Origin: Mobula hypostoma
Lineage: Eukaryota
Direction: 5' to 3'
Length of the DNA: 64,000 nt
Assembly (NCBI RefSeq): GCF_963921235.1
Contig: NC_086097.1
Coordinates: 133,054,001 to 133,118,000, forward strand
Shown here: positions 25,285 to 38,489 of the stretch, in pieces
Layout of the letters: the number at the start of each line of letters is the position of its first letter
Position numbering within the stretch: the stretch's first letter is position 1
Notes under the pieces: model-generated
Databases searched by the model: none
The model's input: the letters and a program-made list of their open reading frames with translations, nothing else
Told to the model about the DNA's origin: nothing
Translations under genes and position numbers: made by a program

Positions 25285-28200
25285 CAAGTTCTGATTATTG
25301 TTATTCAAACATATATACAATATATATCTACCGCCAAATGAAACAATGTTCCGCCGGAGCAAGCTGCATAAAACAGCACGTGTAACTCACACATAACACA
25401 TAATGCAATATTACCACAAATAAATCAACAAATAATAAGGTGCTTTTATGACACAAGTTAAAAAGTAAGCAGTATAATGCTACTGGAGCTTCACACGTGA
25501 TGAGACCTGGAGGGAGACAGGGAGTCCAGTAGTCTACGGCCTGGGGGACGATGCTGTTTCCCATCCTAGCAGGTCTTGTGTTAATGCTATGATACTGCCT
25601 TCCTGATGGTAGGAGTCAAGGAGTTGGATGGATGTGAGGGATCATTGACAATGTTAAGGGCCCTGCAGAGGCAGCACTCCCGATAAATATCTTTGATAGA
25701 TCGAAGGGAGACCCTGATAATCCTCTCACCAGTTCTTGCAATCCTTTGTCAGGATGTGCAGTCAGATGCCTTGCCATTCCCATACTGTCGGTGATGTAGC
25801 TGGTCATGATGCTCGATGGTGCTCCTGTAATAATTGGTCAGGATGTGGGGGTGAAGGGTAGTGGGAGGGAGCTTTGCTCGCCACAGTCTCCTCAGGAGCT
25901 GGAGATGCTGCTCTGCTTTCTTGACCAGAGAGACGGTATTCAGAGGCCAGGTGGAATTATCCGTTATGTGCTCTCCAGGAAACTTGGCGCTCCTGTCTTT
26001 CTCCATGGAAGAGCCTTTATGTGCAGTGCGGCGTGGTCATCCTGCAACTCCTTAAAGTCCACATTCATCTCTTTGGCTTCATCCACGTTGAGACTTAAGT
26101 TGTAGTTCTCACACCATTCTATCAGCTGCTCTACCTCCTCGCTGTACACCATCGTTGTTGATGAGGCCAGAAACTGTTCTGTCATCGGTGAACTTGATGA
26201 TCCGGTTTGAGCAGCGCAGTCAAAGATCGCATGGATGAACTACAACAATTGTTTATCCCAGTTTGGCAAAAGAATAAATCAGGGAAGGTAGTGCACCCAT
26301 GGCTGACAAGGGAAATTAGGGATAGTATCAATTCCGAAGAAGAAGCATACAAATTAGCCAGAAAAAAGCAACTCACCTGAGGACTGGGAGAAATTCAGAG
26401 TCCAGCAGAGGAGGACAAAGGGCTTAATTAGGAAGGGGAAAAAGATTATGAGAGAAGACCAGCAGGGAACATAAAAACTGACTGTAAAAGCTTTTATAGA
26501 TAGATGAAAAGAAAAAGATTGGTTAAGACAAATGTAGGTCCCCGACAGACAGAAACAGGTGATTTGATTATGGGGAACAAGGACATGGCAGACCAATTGA
26601 ATAACTACTTTGGTTCTGCCTTCACTAGGGAGGACATAAATAATCTTCCAGAAATTGTAGGGGACAGAGGGTCCAGTGAGATGGAGGAACAGAGGGAAAT
26701 ACATGTTACTAGGGAAGTGGTGTTAGGTAAATTGAAGGGATAAAAGGCAGATAAATCCCCAAGGCCAGATGGTCTGCATCCTAGAGTGCTTAAGGAAGTA
26801 GCCCAAGAAATAGTGGATGCATCAGTGATAATTTTTCAAAACTCTTTAGATTATGGACTAGTTCCTGAAGATTGGAGGGTGGCTAATGTAACCCCGCTTT
26901 TTAAAAAAGGAGGCAGAGAGAAACCAGGGAATTATAGACCGGTTAGCCTAACATTGGTGGTGGGGAAAATGCTAGAGTCAGTTATCAAGGATGTGATAAC
27001 AGCACATTTGGAGAGCGGTGAAATCATCGGACAAAGTCAGCATGGATTTGTGAAAGGAAAATCATGTCTGACGAATCTCATAGAATTTTTTGAGGATGTA
27101 ACTAGTAGAGTGGATAGGGGAGAACCAGTGGATGTGGTATATTTGGATTTTCAAAAGGCTTTTGACAAGGTCCCACACAGGAGATTAGTGTGCAAACTTA
27201 AAGCACATGGTATTGGGGGTAAGGTATTGATGTGGACAGAGAACTGGTTGGCAGACAGGAAGCGAAGAGTGGGAATAAACGGGACCTTTTCAGAATGGCA
27301 GGCAGTGACTAGTGGGGTACCGCAAGGCTTAGTGCTGGGACCCCAGTTGTTTACAATATATATTAATGACTTAGATGAGGGAATTAAATGCAGCATCGCC
27401 AAGTTTGCAGATGACATGAAGCTGGGCGGCAGTGTTAGCTGTGAGGAGGATGCTAAGAGGATGCAGGGTGACTTGGATAGGTTAGGTCAGTGGGCAAATT
27501 CATGGCAGATGCAATTTAATGTGGATAAATGTGAGGTTATCCACTTTGGTGGCAAAAACAGGAAAACAGATTATTATCTGAATGGTGGCCAATTAGGAAA
27601 AGGGGAGGTGCAACAAGACCTGGGTGTCATTATACACCAGTCATTGAAAGTGGGCATGCAGGTACAGCAGGCAGGTGAAAAAGGCGAATGGTATGCTGGC
27701 ATTCATAGCAAGAGGATTCGAGTACAGGAGCAGGGAGGTACTACTGCAGTTGTACAAGGCCTTGGTGAGACCACACCCGGAGTATTGTGTGCAGTTTTGG
27801 TCCCCTAATCTGAGGAAAGACATTCTTGCCATAGGGGGAGTACAAAGAAGGTTCACCAGATTGATTCCTGAGATGGCAGGACTTTCATATGATGAAAGAC
27901 TGGATCGACTGGGCTTATACTTGTTGGAATTTAGAAGATTGAGGGCGGATCTTATTGAAACATATAAAATCCTAAAGGGATTGGACAGGCTAGATGCAGG
28001 AAGATTGTTCCCGATGTTGGGGAAGTCCAGAACGAGGGGTCACAGTTTGAGGATAAAGGGGAAGCCTTTTAGGACCGAGATTAGGAAAAACTTCTTCACA
28101 CAGAGAGTGGTGAATCTGTGGAATTCTCTGACCCAGGAAACAGTTGAGGCCAGTTCATTGGCTATATTTAAGAGGGAATTAGATATAACCCTTGTAGCTA

Positions 28201-28505
28201 AAGGGATCAGGGGGTATGGAGGGAAGGCTGGTACAGGGTTCTGAGTTGGATGATCAGCCATGATCGTACTGAATGGCGGTGCAGACCCGAAGGGCCAAAT
28301 GGCCTACTCTTGCACCTATTTTCTATGTTTCCATGTTTCTATGTGTCAGCAGAGTGAACAGCCGTGGGCTGAGCAAGCAGCCAAGGGAGGAACCGGACTC
28401 AGCGTGATGGAGCTAGAGATGCTTCTGCCAACTCGGACTGAATGTGGCCTTTCTGTCACAAAGTCAGCAATCCAGTTACAGAGAGGGTTGGTCATACAGA
28501 GTAGT
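25285..28505 (-). mobile_element. Rex1/Babar-type LINE fragment (about 25285-26221 and 28346-28505) split by a CR1
   Basis: Minus ORFs YSEEVEQLIEWCENYNLSLNVDEAKEMNVDF, LVKKAEQHLQLLRRL, LCNWIADFVTERPHSVRVG. Confidence 0.85.
26222..28345 (+). mobile_element. CR1 LINE, 5'-truncated, disabled RT
   Basis: ORF 26786..27808 with NYRPVSLT, DFQKAFDKV, GVPQG, FADD; frameshift at about 27670; ttctatgtttccatgtttctatg tail. Confidence 0.97.
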
Positions 28506-29289
28506 TGATATCTGAAACGTGGTGGAATCAGATACATCACTACATTTATGATGCATTTGAACAGAAACTCCGTCGGCGTGGGCATGGAATGATACAATCC
28601 TAATAAAGGCAAATGGATTAGTGTAGTTGGGCAAAGTTGAGCATAGATGTATTGGCAAAAGGGCCTATTTCTGTCCTATGAAATTCCATGACTCAAATCA
28701 GAATCAGAAAACACTTGTACAAATCAGAATCAGATATACAATCACTCACTTATATGACATGAAATATTTTTCTGCAGCCGCAGTACAGTGCAAAGACATA
28801 AAATTACCATAAATCACAAAAATGCATAAATAGTGCTAAAAAAAATAGGAAAAACGAGTCCTTCCAGTGAGGAAACACTTCACCTCAAATCTGTTGTGGT
28901 CATCTACTATATCCAGTGCTCCCACTGCAGTTGAACACTAGTTGAATTCCCAAGTTGCTGCATTCTTTTATTGATCCTTTTACAGTTGCAATTCTATTAT
29001 GGATTTAGTGAGAGTGCCCACAAGAAAATGAATCTCTGGGTTGTACTTGGTAACATTTATGTACTTTGATCATAAATTTACTTTGAACTTTGGTAAGACC
29101 CGATATAGTTTGGAGGAACGCTTTGTCAAGCACCTCAGTTCGAATCCCAAAAAGTGGAATTTCTCGGTGACCAAACATTTCAATTCTTATCCCCATTCCC
29201 ATTCCAACATGTCAGTCCATGGCCTCCTCTTCTGTCACAATGAGACCTCTGTCAGATTGGGGGAACAACACTTCATATTCTATCTGGGT

Positions 29290-29601
29290 GTGTGGGCACG
29301 TGGCCAAGTGGTTAAGGCATTGGACTAGCGACCTGAAGCTCATGAGTTCGAGCCCCAGCCAAGGCAACGTGTTGTGTCCTTGAGCAAGGCACTTAATCAC
29401 ACATTGCTCTGCGACGACACCAGTGCCAAGCTGTATGGGTCCTAATGCCCTTCCCTTGGACAATATTGGTGTCGTGGTGAGTGGAGTCTTGCAGCATGGG
29501 CAACTGCTGGTCTTCCATACAACCTTGCCCAGGCCTGCGCCCTGGAGAGTGAAGACTTTCCAGGCTCAGTTCCATGGTCTCGCAACACTAACGGATGCCT
29601 T
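29290..29601 (+). mobile_element. tRNA-derived SINE
   Basis: A box TGGCCAAGTGG, B box GAGTTCGAGCC; exact 14-bp TSD TATTCTATCTGGGT (29276-29289, 29602-29615). Confidence 0.92.
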
Positions 29602-29947
29602 TATTCTATCTGGGTAGCCTCCAACCTGATGGCATGAATATTGCTTTATCTAACTTCCGGTAATATTTCCCCTCCCCTCCCCTCTACTTCCCACTCTGAC
29701 CTCTTATATCTTCTGTTCACCTGGTTATCATGTCCCCTGGTGCCCCTCCTTGGTCCCTTTCTCCCATGATCCACTCTCCTCTCCTATCAGATTCCTTCTT
29801 CTCCGCACTTTGCCTTTTCCTCTTATCACTTCCTAGCTCCTTTCTTCATCTCCCCTCTCCTACTCATCTGGCTTCATCTATCACCTTCTGGCTTGTCCTC
29901 CTTCCCCTCCACCACCTTCTTAGTCTGGTATCTCCCCCTTTCTTTTC

Positions 29948-29985
29948 CAGTCCTGATGAAGGATCTCTGCCAGAAATGTCGACTG
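29948..29985 (+). ncRNA. Minimal type I hammerhead ribozyme motif, best-preserved copy
   Basis: CAGTC-CTGATGA-aggatctctgcca-GAAA-tgTC-GACTG: intact core, 5-bp stem I, GUC triplet; stem II weakened. Confidence 0.75.
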
Positions 29986-31039
29986 TTTATCCATTTCCAT
30001 AGATGCTGCCTGACCTGCTGAGTTTCTCCAGCATTTTGTGTGTGTTGCTCTGGATTTCCAGCATCTCCGTGATCTCTTGTGTTTATGACGGGGCAATGAT
30101 CATGGACCATTCAGAAATTTGATGCCAGAGGAGAATTAGCTTAAGTGAATCCTTGGCTGAATCATTCAGCAACTTAAAAGTTATGCAGTCATATCAGTTT
30201 TGTTTTCACATATTTAAATGACTCAGACGTGCTTCTGTAGTTAATGATCTTTGTTGCCAGTTCTGGTGCATTGGATGGAGATGTGTATACCATTATTGTC
30301 CAGCTAGTGAGCACTGCTTCAACTAAACTCCCTGTGACATGGCTAACTTCAGAAAACATGCTAACTCCTTCACTAATGACCACCAATCCCTCCCACATGT
30401 GCTTGCATTACTCACCATTTTGTCATTACAATCATCGTCATTGTTATGTGCTGTGTCGTTTGAGATGTCTGCAGAAGTGGTTTGCCATTGCTTTCTTCTG
30501 GGCAGTGTCTTTACAAGACGGGTGACCCCAGCCATTATCAATACCTTTCAGAGGTTGTCTGCCTGGCGTCAGTGGATGCATAAACAGAACTTGCAATATG
30601 CACCAAATGCTCATATGACCAAGGCTTCATGTGACCCTGAACAGAGGGCTAAGCAGGTGGACACCTTGCCAAGGGTGACCTGCAGTCTAGCAGAGGGAAG
30701 GAGTGACTTACACCTCCTTTAGTAGAGACAGATCTCCATCCCGCCACCCTGTCAACACATTACACATTTATTTCCACATTCACTCTTGTGATCTTCTCCA
30801 GTATGGGTACTTTACAAAGTTCCACTGCCCTTTCAAGATGTGTATTGCAAGTGATAACAACACTGTGGGAAGGAATTTCTCCTCATTTCCTTAGAATTAT
30901 GTAACCTTCTATTTTAACTTTGGTTACAACTCACTTCTTAGTAGATGCAGTACAGGCTTAGTGCTTAATATCAACCCCTCTAAAATTTGAATGCAGTAGC
31001 TCTTCCTTCTAATGAAAATGAGCACAACTTCCTGCAGAG

Positions 31040-31260
31040 TCCCTCATTATCTCAGTAAATCATATCTGCATCTCCTGCAGGCTTTGAAATCCAGCCTAGC
31101 CTGCGGAAGCCAGAACTCCTTGTCCTGCTCCAACTCAGGCTCATCTGAGAGATTTGCCAGAGGTTTGCATCATTTCTTTGGTATTCAGTGCCCCTGTTCA
31201 CAAATCCTAGCATTGCACAGGCGTTGCTAATGATTCTTTCTGAGATGCTGCTCACCTCTT
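31040..31260 (-). mobile_element. Old CR1 fragment
   Basis: ORF 31052..31294 NACAMLGFVNRGTEY matches CR1 KANxMLAFIxRGIEY. Confidence 0.6.
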
Positions 31261-31527
31261 CTGACACCATGGGCAGGAAATTAAGGGAAATCACTGTGGA
31301 CTGTCAGGATTGTTCCTCTAAGCCAATACCTTAAGATTGTGGAGGAGGGTTGTGAAGGTGGTTTTGTTGACACCTCAAACACAAAAAGAAAACAGTAATT
31401 GGCAATTGGTTTATTGTTGTCACAGGTACTGTGGTACAGCTAAAAAATTTACATGCCTTCCATACAGATTATTTCATCACATCAACACACTAAGCTTATA
31501 CAAGAGAAAAAAAATAAATCATAAAAT

Positions 31528-33292
31528 GATGCTGGAGATATTGTAATGAGAGACACAGAAATGGCAGAGGAACTGAATGCGAATTTTGCATCAGTCTTCA
31601 CAGTGGAAGACATCTGCAGTATACCGGACATTCAAGAGTGTCAGGTAAGTGAAGTTTGTGCAGTTAAAGTTACGACTGAGAAGGCGCTCAGGGAGCTTAA
31701 TGGTCTGAGGGTGGATAAATCTCCAGGACCTGATGGAATGCTGTAGCTGGAGAGATTGTGGAGGCACTAATGATGATCTTTCAAGAATCGATAGATTCTG
31801 GCATTGTACTGGATGACTGGAAAATTGCAACTGTTACTCTGTTATTTAAGAAGGGTGGGAGGCAGCAGAAAGGAAACTATAGACCTGTTAGCATGACATC
31901 AGTGGTTGGGAAGTTGTTGGAATCAATTCTTAGGGATGAGATTACGGAATAACTAGAGGCTCATGACAAGAAAGGCCAAAGTCAGCACAGTTTCCTGAAA
32001 GGAAAATCCTGCCTGACTATCCTACTGCAATTCTTTGTGGAAATTACAAGCAGGAAAGACAAAGGAGGTGCAGTAGATGTGGTGTACTTTGATTTTCAGA
32101 AGCCCTTTGCCAAGGTGTCTCGCATGAGGCTGCTTAGCAGGATAAGGGCCCATGGAATTACAGGGAAGTTACTAGTATGGGTGGAGCATTGGCTGATCGG
32201 CAGAAAACAGAGAGTGGGAATAAAGGGATCCTATTCTGGCTGGCTGCTGGTTACCAATGGAGTTCCACAGGGGTTGGTGTTGGGACTGCTGCTTTTCAAG
32301 ATGTATGTCAATGATTTGGACTATGGGAGTAATGGATTTGTGGCTAAATTTGCCGATGATACAAAGATTGGTGGAGGAGAGGGTAGTGTTGATGAAACAG
32401 AGAGCCTGCAGAGAGACTTAGATAGTTCAGGGGAATGGGCAAAGAAGTGGCAAATGAAATACAATGTTGGAAAGTGTATTGTCATGCACTTTGGTGGAAG
32501 AAATCAACAAGCAGACTATTATATAGATGGGGAGAGAATTCAAAATGCAGAGAAGCAAAGAGACTTGGGAGTCATTGTGCAGTATACCCTAAAGGTTAAC
32601 CTCCAAGTTGAGTCGGTGGTGAAGAAGGCGATGGCAATGTCGGCCTTCTTTTTTAGATATATAGAATATAAGAGCAGGGATGTGATGTTGAGGCTCAATA
32701 AGGCACTCGTGAGACCACACTTGGAGTATTGTGTACAGTTTTAGGTCCCTTATTTTAGAAAGGATATACTGACATTGGAGAAGGTTCAGAGAAGATCCAG
32801 AGAATGATTCCAGGAATGGAAGGGTTACCGTATGAGGAACATTTGGCAGCTCTTGGGCTGTATTCCCTGGAGTTCAGGAGAATGAGGGGGGATCTCATAG
32901 AAACATTCCGAATGTTAAAAAGCTTAAACAGATTAGATATGGCAAAATTAGATAGGCAGATTAGATATGACAAAATATTTCCCATAGTGGGGGAGTCTAG
33001 GACAAGAGGGCACGACTTCAGGATTGAAGGGCGTCCATTTAGAACAGAGATGCGGAGAAATTACTTTAGTGAGAGGGTGGTAAATCTGTGGAATTTGTTG
33101 CCACGAGCAGCTATAGAGGCCAAGTCAATGGGTGCATATAATGCAGAGATTGATAGGTTCCTGATTAGCCAGGGCATCAAAGGGTACAGGGAGAAGGCAG
33201 AGGAGATGACTGGAAGAATTGGATCAGCCCATGAATGAATGGCGGAGCAGACTCAATGGGCCTATTTCTGCTCCTATGTCTTATGATCTTAA
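31528..33292 (+). mobile_element. CR1 LINE, 5'-truncated, disabled RT
   Basis: ORFs 31546, 31758, 32037, 32804 with KSPGPDG, NYRPVS, GVPQG, FADD, VRPHLEYCVQF. Confidence 0.95.
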
Positions 33293-34301
33293 TAACAGGA
33301 AACAGACAGACTGTTATAGTTACAGAGAAAGGGCAATGCAGGCAGACAATAGAGTGCAATGCTAAGAAGAGGTAAATTGTGAGGTCAAGAGTCCATCTTA
33401 TTGCACAAGGGAGCGATTCAATAATCTTGCAATAGCTGGTTTGAAGATGTCCTTGAGTCTACTAGTATCTGCTTTCAGGCTTTTTTGTATCTTCTGCATG
33501 ATGGGAGGAAAGAGAAGACAGAATGCCTGGGGATGAGTGGGATCTTTGATTATGTTGGCTGCTTTACCAAGCCAGTGAGAAGTAATTCATGTAAATTAAT
33601 TAAGTAATGTAAATTAATGATCACCAATGTTAATGTTGCCAAATTTTCTCTGGTTAATTTTAATCATTAATGTCCAATTACAGCATGGAAAGTAGAGGAA
33701 TTCTCGTTACCAGAAGTTGTTTCCTCTGCAAAGCCAACAGTGAACTAATGTAAATAGTCCAATAAAGAGTTTCTTTCTCATACCACAGTAATAATAGTAC
33801 TCAATATTCACACGTTGTTGTATTTTCAGAAGATTCTGGACAATAACCTTTATTTGTAATGTTAAATTAATTCATAATTTAAAAATATGCAACAACAGAA
33901 ATTACAATTTCTCCAATCAATACATTTCTGGTTGTGCACAGTACAATAAAACACAAAAACATAGACTTAAAACTCCAACATATTACAGGGAAATATAGGT
34001 GGTGAGGCTATATTCTAGTTCAGGTAACATGAGCATCCAATGGTATTCTCATGCATGACAGCACCACTACTTAGATACTGATGTCTGAAGACCAGTTCAA
34101 GAGTGACTTTTAACACTGTAGTTAACTAAATAACTAAGGAAGAACCAAACCTTGTTATAACCAGTAGTTTGTTATAACAATCACCAATAGCTTGTCATGG
34201 TTCAGCCACATTAACAGCATGGCCAAGAAAGTACATCAGTGCCTCTGCTTCCTCGGGAGGCTAAGTAAATTTGGCATTGATCCTCACCAATTTTCATGGA
34301 T

Positions 34302-35138
34302 TGTGACGACAAACCAAGTTATCAGAAGATTGATGCTAATGAGAGAGAGATAAGGGAGACAATGGAGAAACGTTCAAAATGCTAATAAGAGAGAAGAGAG
34401 AGATCAACGAGAAAGAAACACAATTCAGGTATTGACAGACCGGTTGCTTTGAACCTGAACTGTTTGAAGTTTGATGGACAGGCGATACCCCAGCAGGGGG
34501 ATAAAAAGAACAGGTTCGCTAAGGCACGACACACCATGAGATCACGAGATACCGAGACCCTGTAAGAGCGGTGTGCCCCCACAAGTGGGAGTTTGGAGGT
34601 CTGGTTCGAGGGAACCGACCATAGACTCACAGGGTGAAAAGGTACGATCAGCGGGAACCTGGTGTGTGTGTCCGCCTTTGCCTGGGTTCCGGGTTCACCA
34701 CGGAAGAACGGTCATATCTGGAACGGAGGGGTCACAGTCGGTGACCACAGTGGGATAGAAGACATAAAAGGGTTCGCCCGAAAGCCAACTGGGAAGAACA
34801 TCAAAGGTCTGCTTGAATCAAAATTTGCATCTCTCTCTCTCTCTCTCCAACGGCACAACAGCGATTACTGCGAACTGTACTAAGCTGAACTGAACTCTGC
34901 GTCACTTGAGACTGATCATTTTACCCCTAGACTGCGATAGAGCTTGGTTGATTCCTATTACCCTAGTTCTGTGTACATGTGTGTTTTATCATTGCTAACC
35001 TGTTGCATTTATATCCTTACGATTAGAGAACTGTGTTACTTATTTCTTTAATAAAACTTTATTAGTTTCCTGTAATCCAGACTCCAACTAGTGGTCCATT
35101 TCTGCTGGTTTGGCAACCCAGTTACGGGGTACGTAACA
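34302..35138 (+). mobile_element. Solo LTR (837 bp)
   Basis: TGTGACG...CGTAACA termini, exact 4-bp TSD GGAT (34298-34301, 35139-35142), AATAAA at 35050; splits a Rex-like LINE fragment (about 34190-35680). Confidence 0.92.
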
Positions 35139-35854
35139 GGATGCACCATAAAACATCCTATCCAGATGCATCACAGCTCTGCATGCAAATTGCTCTGCCC
35201 ATGACTGTACGAAACTGCAGCATTGTGGACATAGCTCAGCATATGTCAAAAACCAGCCTCCCCTCCATGGACTCCATCTACACTTCTCACTGCTTCAGAA
35301 AAGCAGTCAACATAATCAAAAACCCCTCCCACCCCAGACATTCTCTCCTCTTCACTCTTTCTCATGGGCAGAAGACATTAAAATCTGAAAGTACATACCT
35401 CTAGGCTCAATGACAGCTGCTATTCCACTGTTATAAGACTAAATTCTTCTACCACCTTATGAACTCTTGACCTCAGTCTACCTTATCATGCCTTGCACCT
35501 GATTGCCTCCCTGCATTGCACTTTTTCCATAACTGCAACACGATATCCTGCATTCTGTTGTTGTTTTTCCTTGTGTTACTTTGATGTACAGACGTGAAGA
35601 AATGACCTGCAAGAATGGCACGCACAACAATGTTTTTCAAAGTACCTCAGTACCTATTACCAATCTGAGTTTAATAAACTTACGTTGTTTTCTGTGAAAT
35701 GTTGTCAGCTGAGGTTAGACTTGGTAGAGGTTTTATAAAACCGTAAGAGGCCTAAATAGGATTAGTCAGAGTATTTTTTCCGGGGTGAGAATATCAAATA
35801 CAAGGGGACAATGCTTTAAGGTGAAAGGAGAATGCTTAAAGATGTGCAGAGTAA

Positions 35855-36665
35855 ACGACATCAAAGTTGCTAGTGAACGCAGCAGGCCAAGCAGCATCTG
35901 TAGGAAGAGGTGCAGTCGACGTCTCAGGCCGAGACCCTTCGTCAGGACTAACTGAAGGAAGAGTGAGTAAGGGATTTGAAAGTTGGAGGGGGAGGGGGAG
36001 ATCCTAAATGATGGGAGAAGACAGGAGGGGGAGGGATGGAGCCAAGAGCTGGACAGGTGATAGGCAAAAGGGGATACGAGAGGATCATGGAACAGGAGGT
36101 CCGGGAAGAAAGACAAGGAGGGGGGAGGGGGGAACCCAGAGGATGGGCAAGGGGTATATTCAGAGGAACAGAGGGAGAAAAAGGAGAGTGAGAGAAAGAA
36201 TGTGTGCATAAAAATAAGTAACAGATAGGGTACGAGGGGGAGGTGGGGCCTTAGCGGAAGTTAGAGAAGTCGATGTTCATGCCATCAGGTTGGAGGCTAC
36301 CCAGATAGAATATAAGGTGTTGTTCCTCCAACCTGAGTGTGGCTTCATCTTTACAGTAGAGGAGGCCGTGGATAGACATGTCAGAATGGGAATGGGATGT
36401 GGAATTAAAATGTGTGGCCACTGGGAGATCCTGCTTTCTCTGGCGGACAGAGCATAGATGTTCAGCAAAGCGGTCTCCCAGTCTGCGTCGGGTCTCGCCA
36501 ATATATAAAAGGCCACATCGGGAGTACCGGACACAGTATATCACCCCAGTCAACTCACAGGTGAAGTGTTGCCTCACCTGGAAGGATTGTTTGGGGCCCT
36601 GAATGGTGGTAAGGGAGGAAGTGTTACAGTAGAGGAGGCCGTGGATAGACATGTTAGAATGGGAA
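35855..36665 (-). mobile_element. Penelope-like element 3' fragment with GIY-YIG endonuclease
   Basis: ORF 36251..36652 FTCELTGVIYCVRYSRCGLLYIGETRRRLGDRFAEH..EEQHLIFYLGSLQPDGMN; inserted into a CR1 3' fragment (about 35715-36890). Confidence 0.93.
35913..35950 (-). ncRNA. Minimal hammerhead ribozyme motif, one core substitution
   Basis: Minus strand tagtc-CTGACGA-agggtctcggcct-GAGA-cgtc-gactg. Confidence 0.7.
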
Positions 36666-38489
36666 ATGGGAAATGCAGAGCAAATGTTTGTTTTGCATCA
36701 GGAGTGTTAGGTGGCCAAGGATGTTTGTGGAAGCAGATATAATAACAGCATTTGGACAGTCACATCACCATGCAGGGAATGGAGTGATATAGATCATCTG
36801 TAGGCGGGTAGGTTTAATTTAACTTGACATCATGGTCAATGCAGACATAATGTACTGTAGGGTCTGTTCCTGTGCAGTATTCCTATGTTATATTGTGGGG
36901 AAAGGAACAGAACCTAATCAGAAATAGGTTGCCTCCATTTGGATGCCGAGCACAAAAAGAACTGATTTTTAAAAATGATATTACACGGACAAATTCGAAT
37001 TTAAAATAACAAAACTGGTTTGGACAAAACCCAGATCTAATTTCTAAAACTGCTAATCAGATTCCCTCCGTCAGTCTCAAAGGGAATGCTGTACATGCTT
37101 GTCGTACCGCAGATCTGCCAAATCAAGTTAATGATGATGAGGCGATGATTAACCACTTCCGTGACAACGTGAGGATATGCTTCACTGACACCAGTGAAAA
37201 GGTGAATTTGAAACGCTCGACGGTGTGTTGTTATAACCTATCTTACCATAATTCATGGGCTCTAGGTTTGTGACTCTGTCTCACTGAGTCATAAAAGAAG
37301 GGGCAGAGCTGACTTTCAGGGATGTATTTAAGTGAGATCTAGGTCTATGAGGGGAGAAGGACTAGAGATGAGTGCTGACAGTGTGAGAAGTAATAAAGAG
37401 AGAAGCAGAAGTGGAAAGTTGGATAGAATGACTTGTATTTATATCATAACATTCTATGCTGTGTACAATAGCTACTTCAATTAGCTGGTATATAATTCAA
37501 AATGGCACCTTTCTTCAAACACTGGCTATTTAAGCTGCTACAGAGTTCAGACACACAAGCAAAATAGCCACTCAACCATACCCACAACTTCCATATGTAC
37601 AGCAACTTTAATGTAGCAACCGATCCCCCTAGAAAAACACACGTTAATGCATGAGGAGATAATAACCAAAAAACTCGCTTAAAAAATTAACATTTTGAGG
37701 CATCTTAAAGGAGTTGAGAGAATTGGAAAGGTTTAAGGAGAGAAGCCCATGATAGTTGAAGGTACAGATGCTATTGTGGTAGAGTCAAAGATACAAGAAT
37801 GATGAAAAGATCTGAACTAGAGGAAAGTAGATATCTCAGAGGGCTGTAAGACTAGAGATTACAAAGCTGTTATTATGGAGGGAGTTGAAAACAAAGACCA
37901 ATATTTTTAAAGAAGTGATTTGATTAAGCAATAACCAGTGTACATCAAAAGCAGAGGTGGTGGTAATCTGGTGCAAGGGAAGACATGGCCAACATGTTTT
38001 TGGATGACTGTAAGTTTATAAGCATTCAGATGCAGTGGTACAGTCCACTCTGAAGATAATACAAGCATGGATGAGGTTTTCAGTAGTAGAAGAGTGAGAC
38101 AGTGATGAAGCTTGGAGGTGAATTTACCAATGACAGGGAATAGTAGCCACAAGACTGGCAACGAGTCCTATATGACATCAAAGTTTTGAACGGTCCAGTT
38201 CAGCTTCAGCAGGGCAAATCAAAGAATGATTACAGAATGGAAGAAGGACATTCAACCCATTCAATCTGTATCTGCTCTATGTAAGATCAATCGACCTTGT
38301 CTGACTCCCCCACCCTCTTCCACACCCAAGTAAATTCTTTCTCTTTCAGGTACTTATCCCTTTTGAACTCTACAATTGAATCCGTTCCCAACAGTGCATT
38401 CCAGACTCCAAATACTCAACCTCAAAAAAAAAATCCTCCTTTCTCTTTTGGGTTCTTCTGTCAATCACATTCATTCTCTGTCTCAAATT

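Larger units (their letters stand above)
28855..30088 (+). mobile_element. Penelope-like 3' fragment, interrupted by a LINE tail (about 28930-29088) and a SINE (29290-29601)
   Basis: ORF 29041..29328 GKTRYSLEERFVKHL..HFNSYPHSHSNMSVHGLL..EQHFIFYLG; resumes agcctccaacctgatggcatgaat after the SINE. Confidence 0.85.

Noticed and set aside
29290..29365. tRNA gene
   Set aside because: It is the head of a SINE bounded by a 14-bp TSD.
37128..37190. C/D snoRNA-like ATGATGA...CTGA
   Set aside because: Short, no terminal stem, and no convincing guide complementarity.
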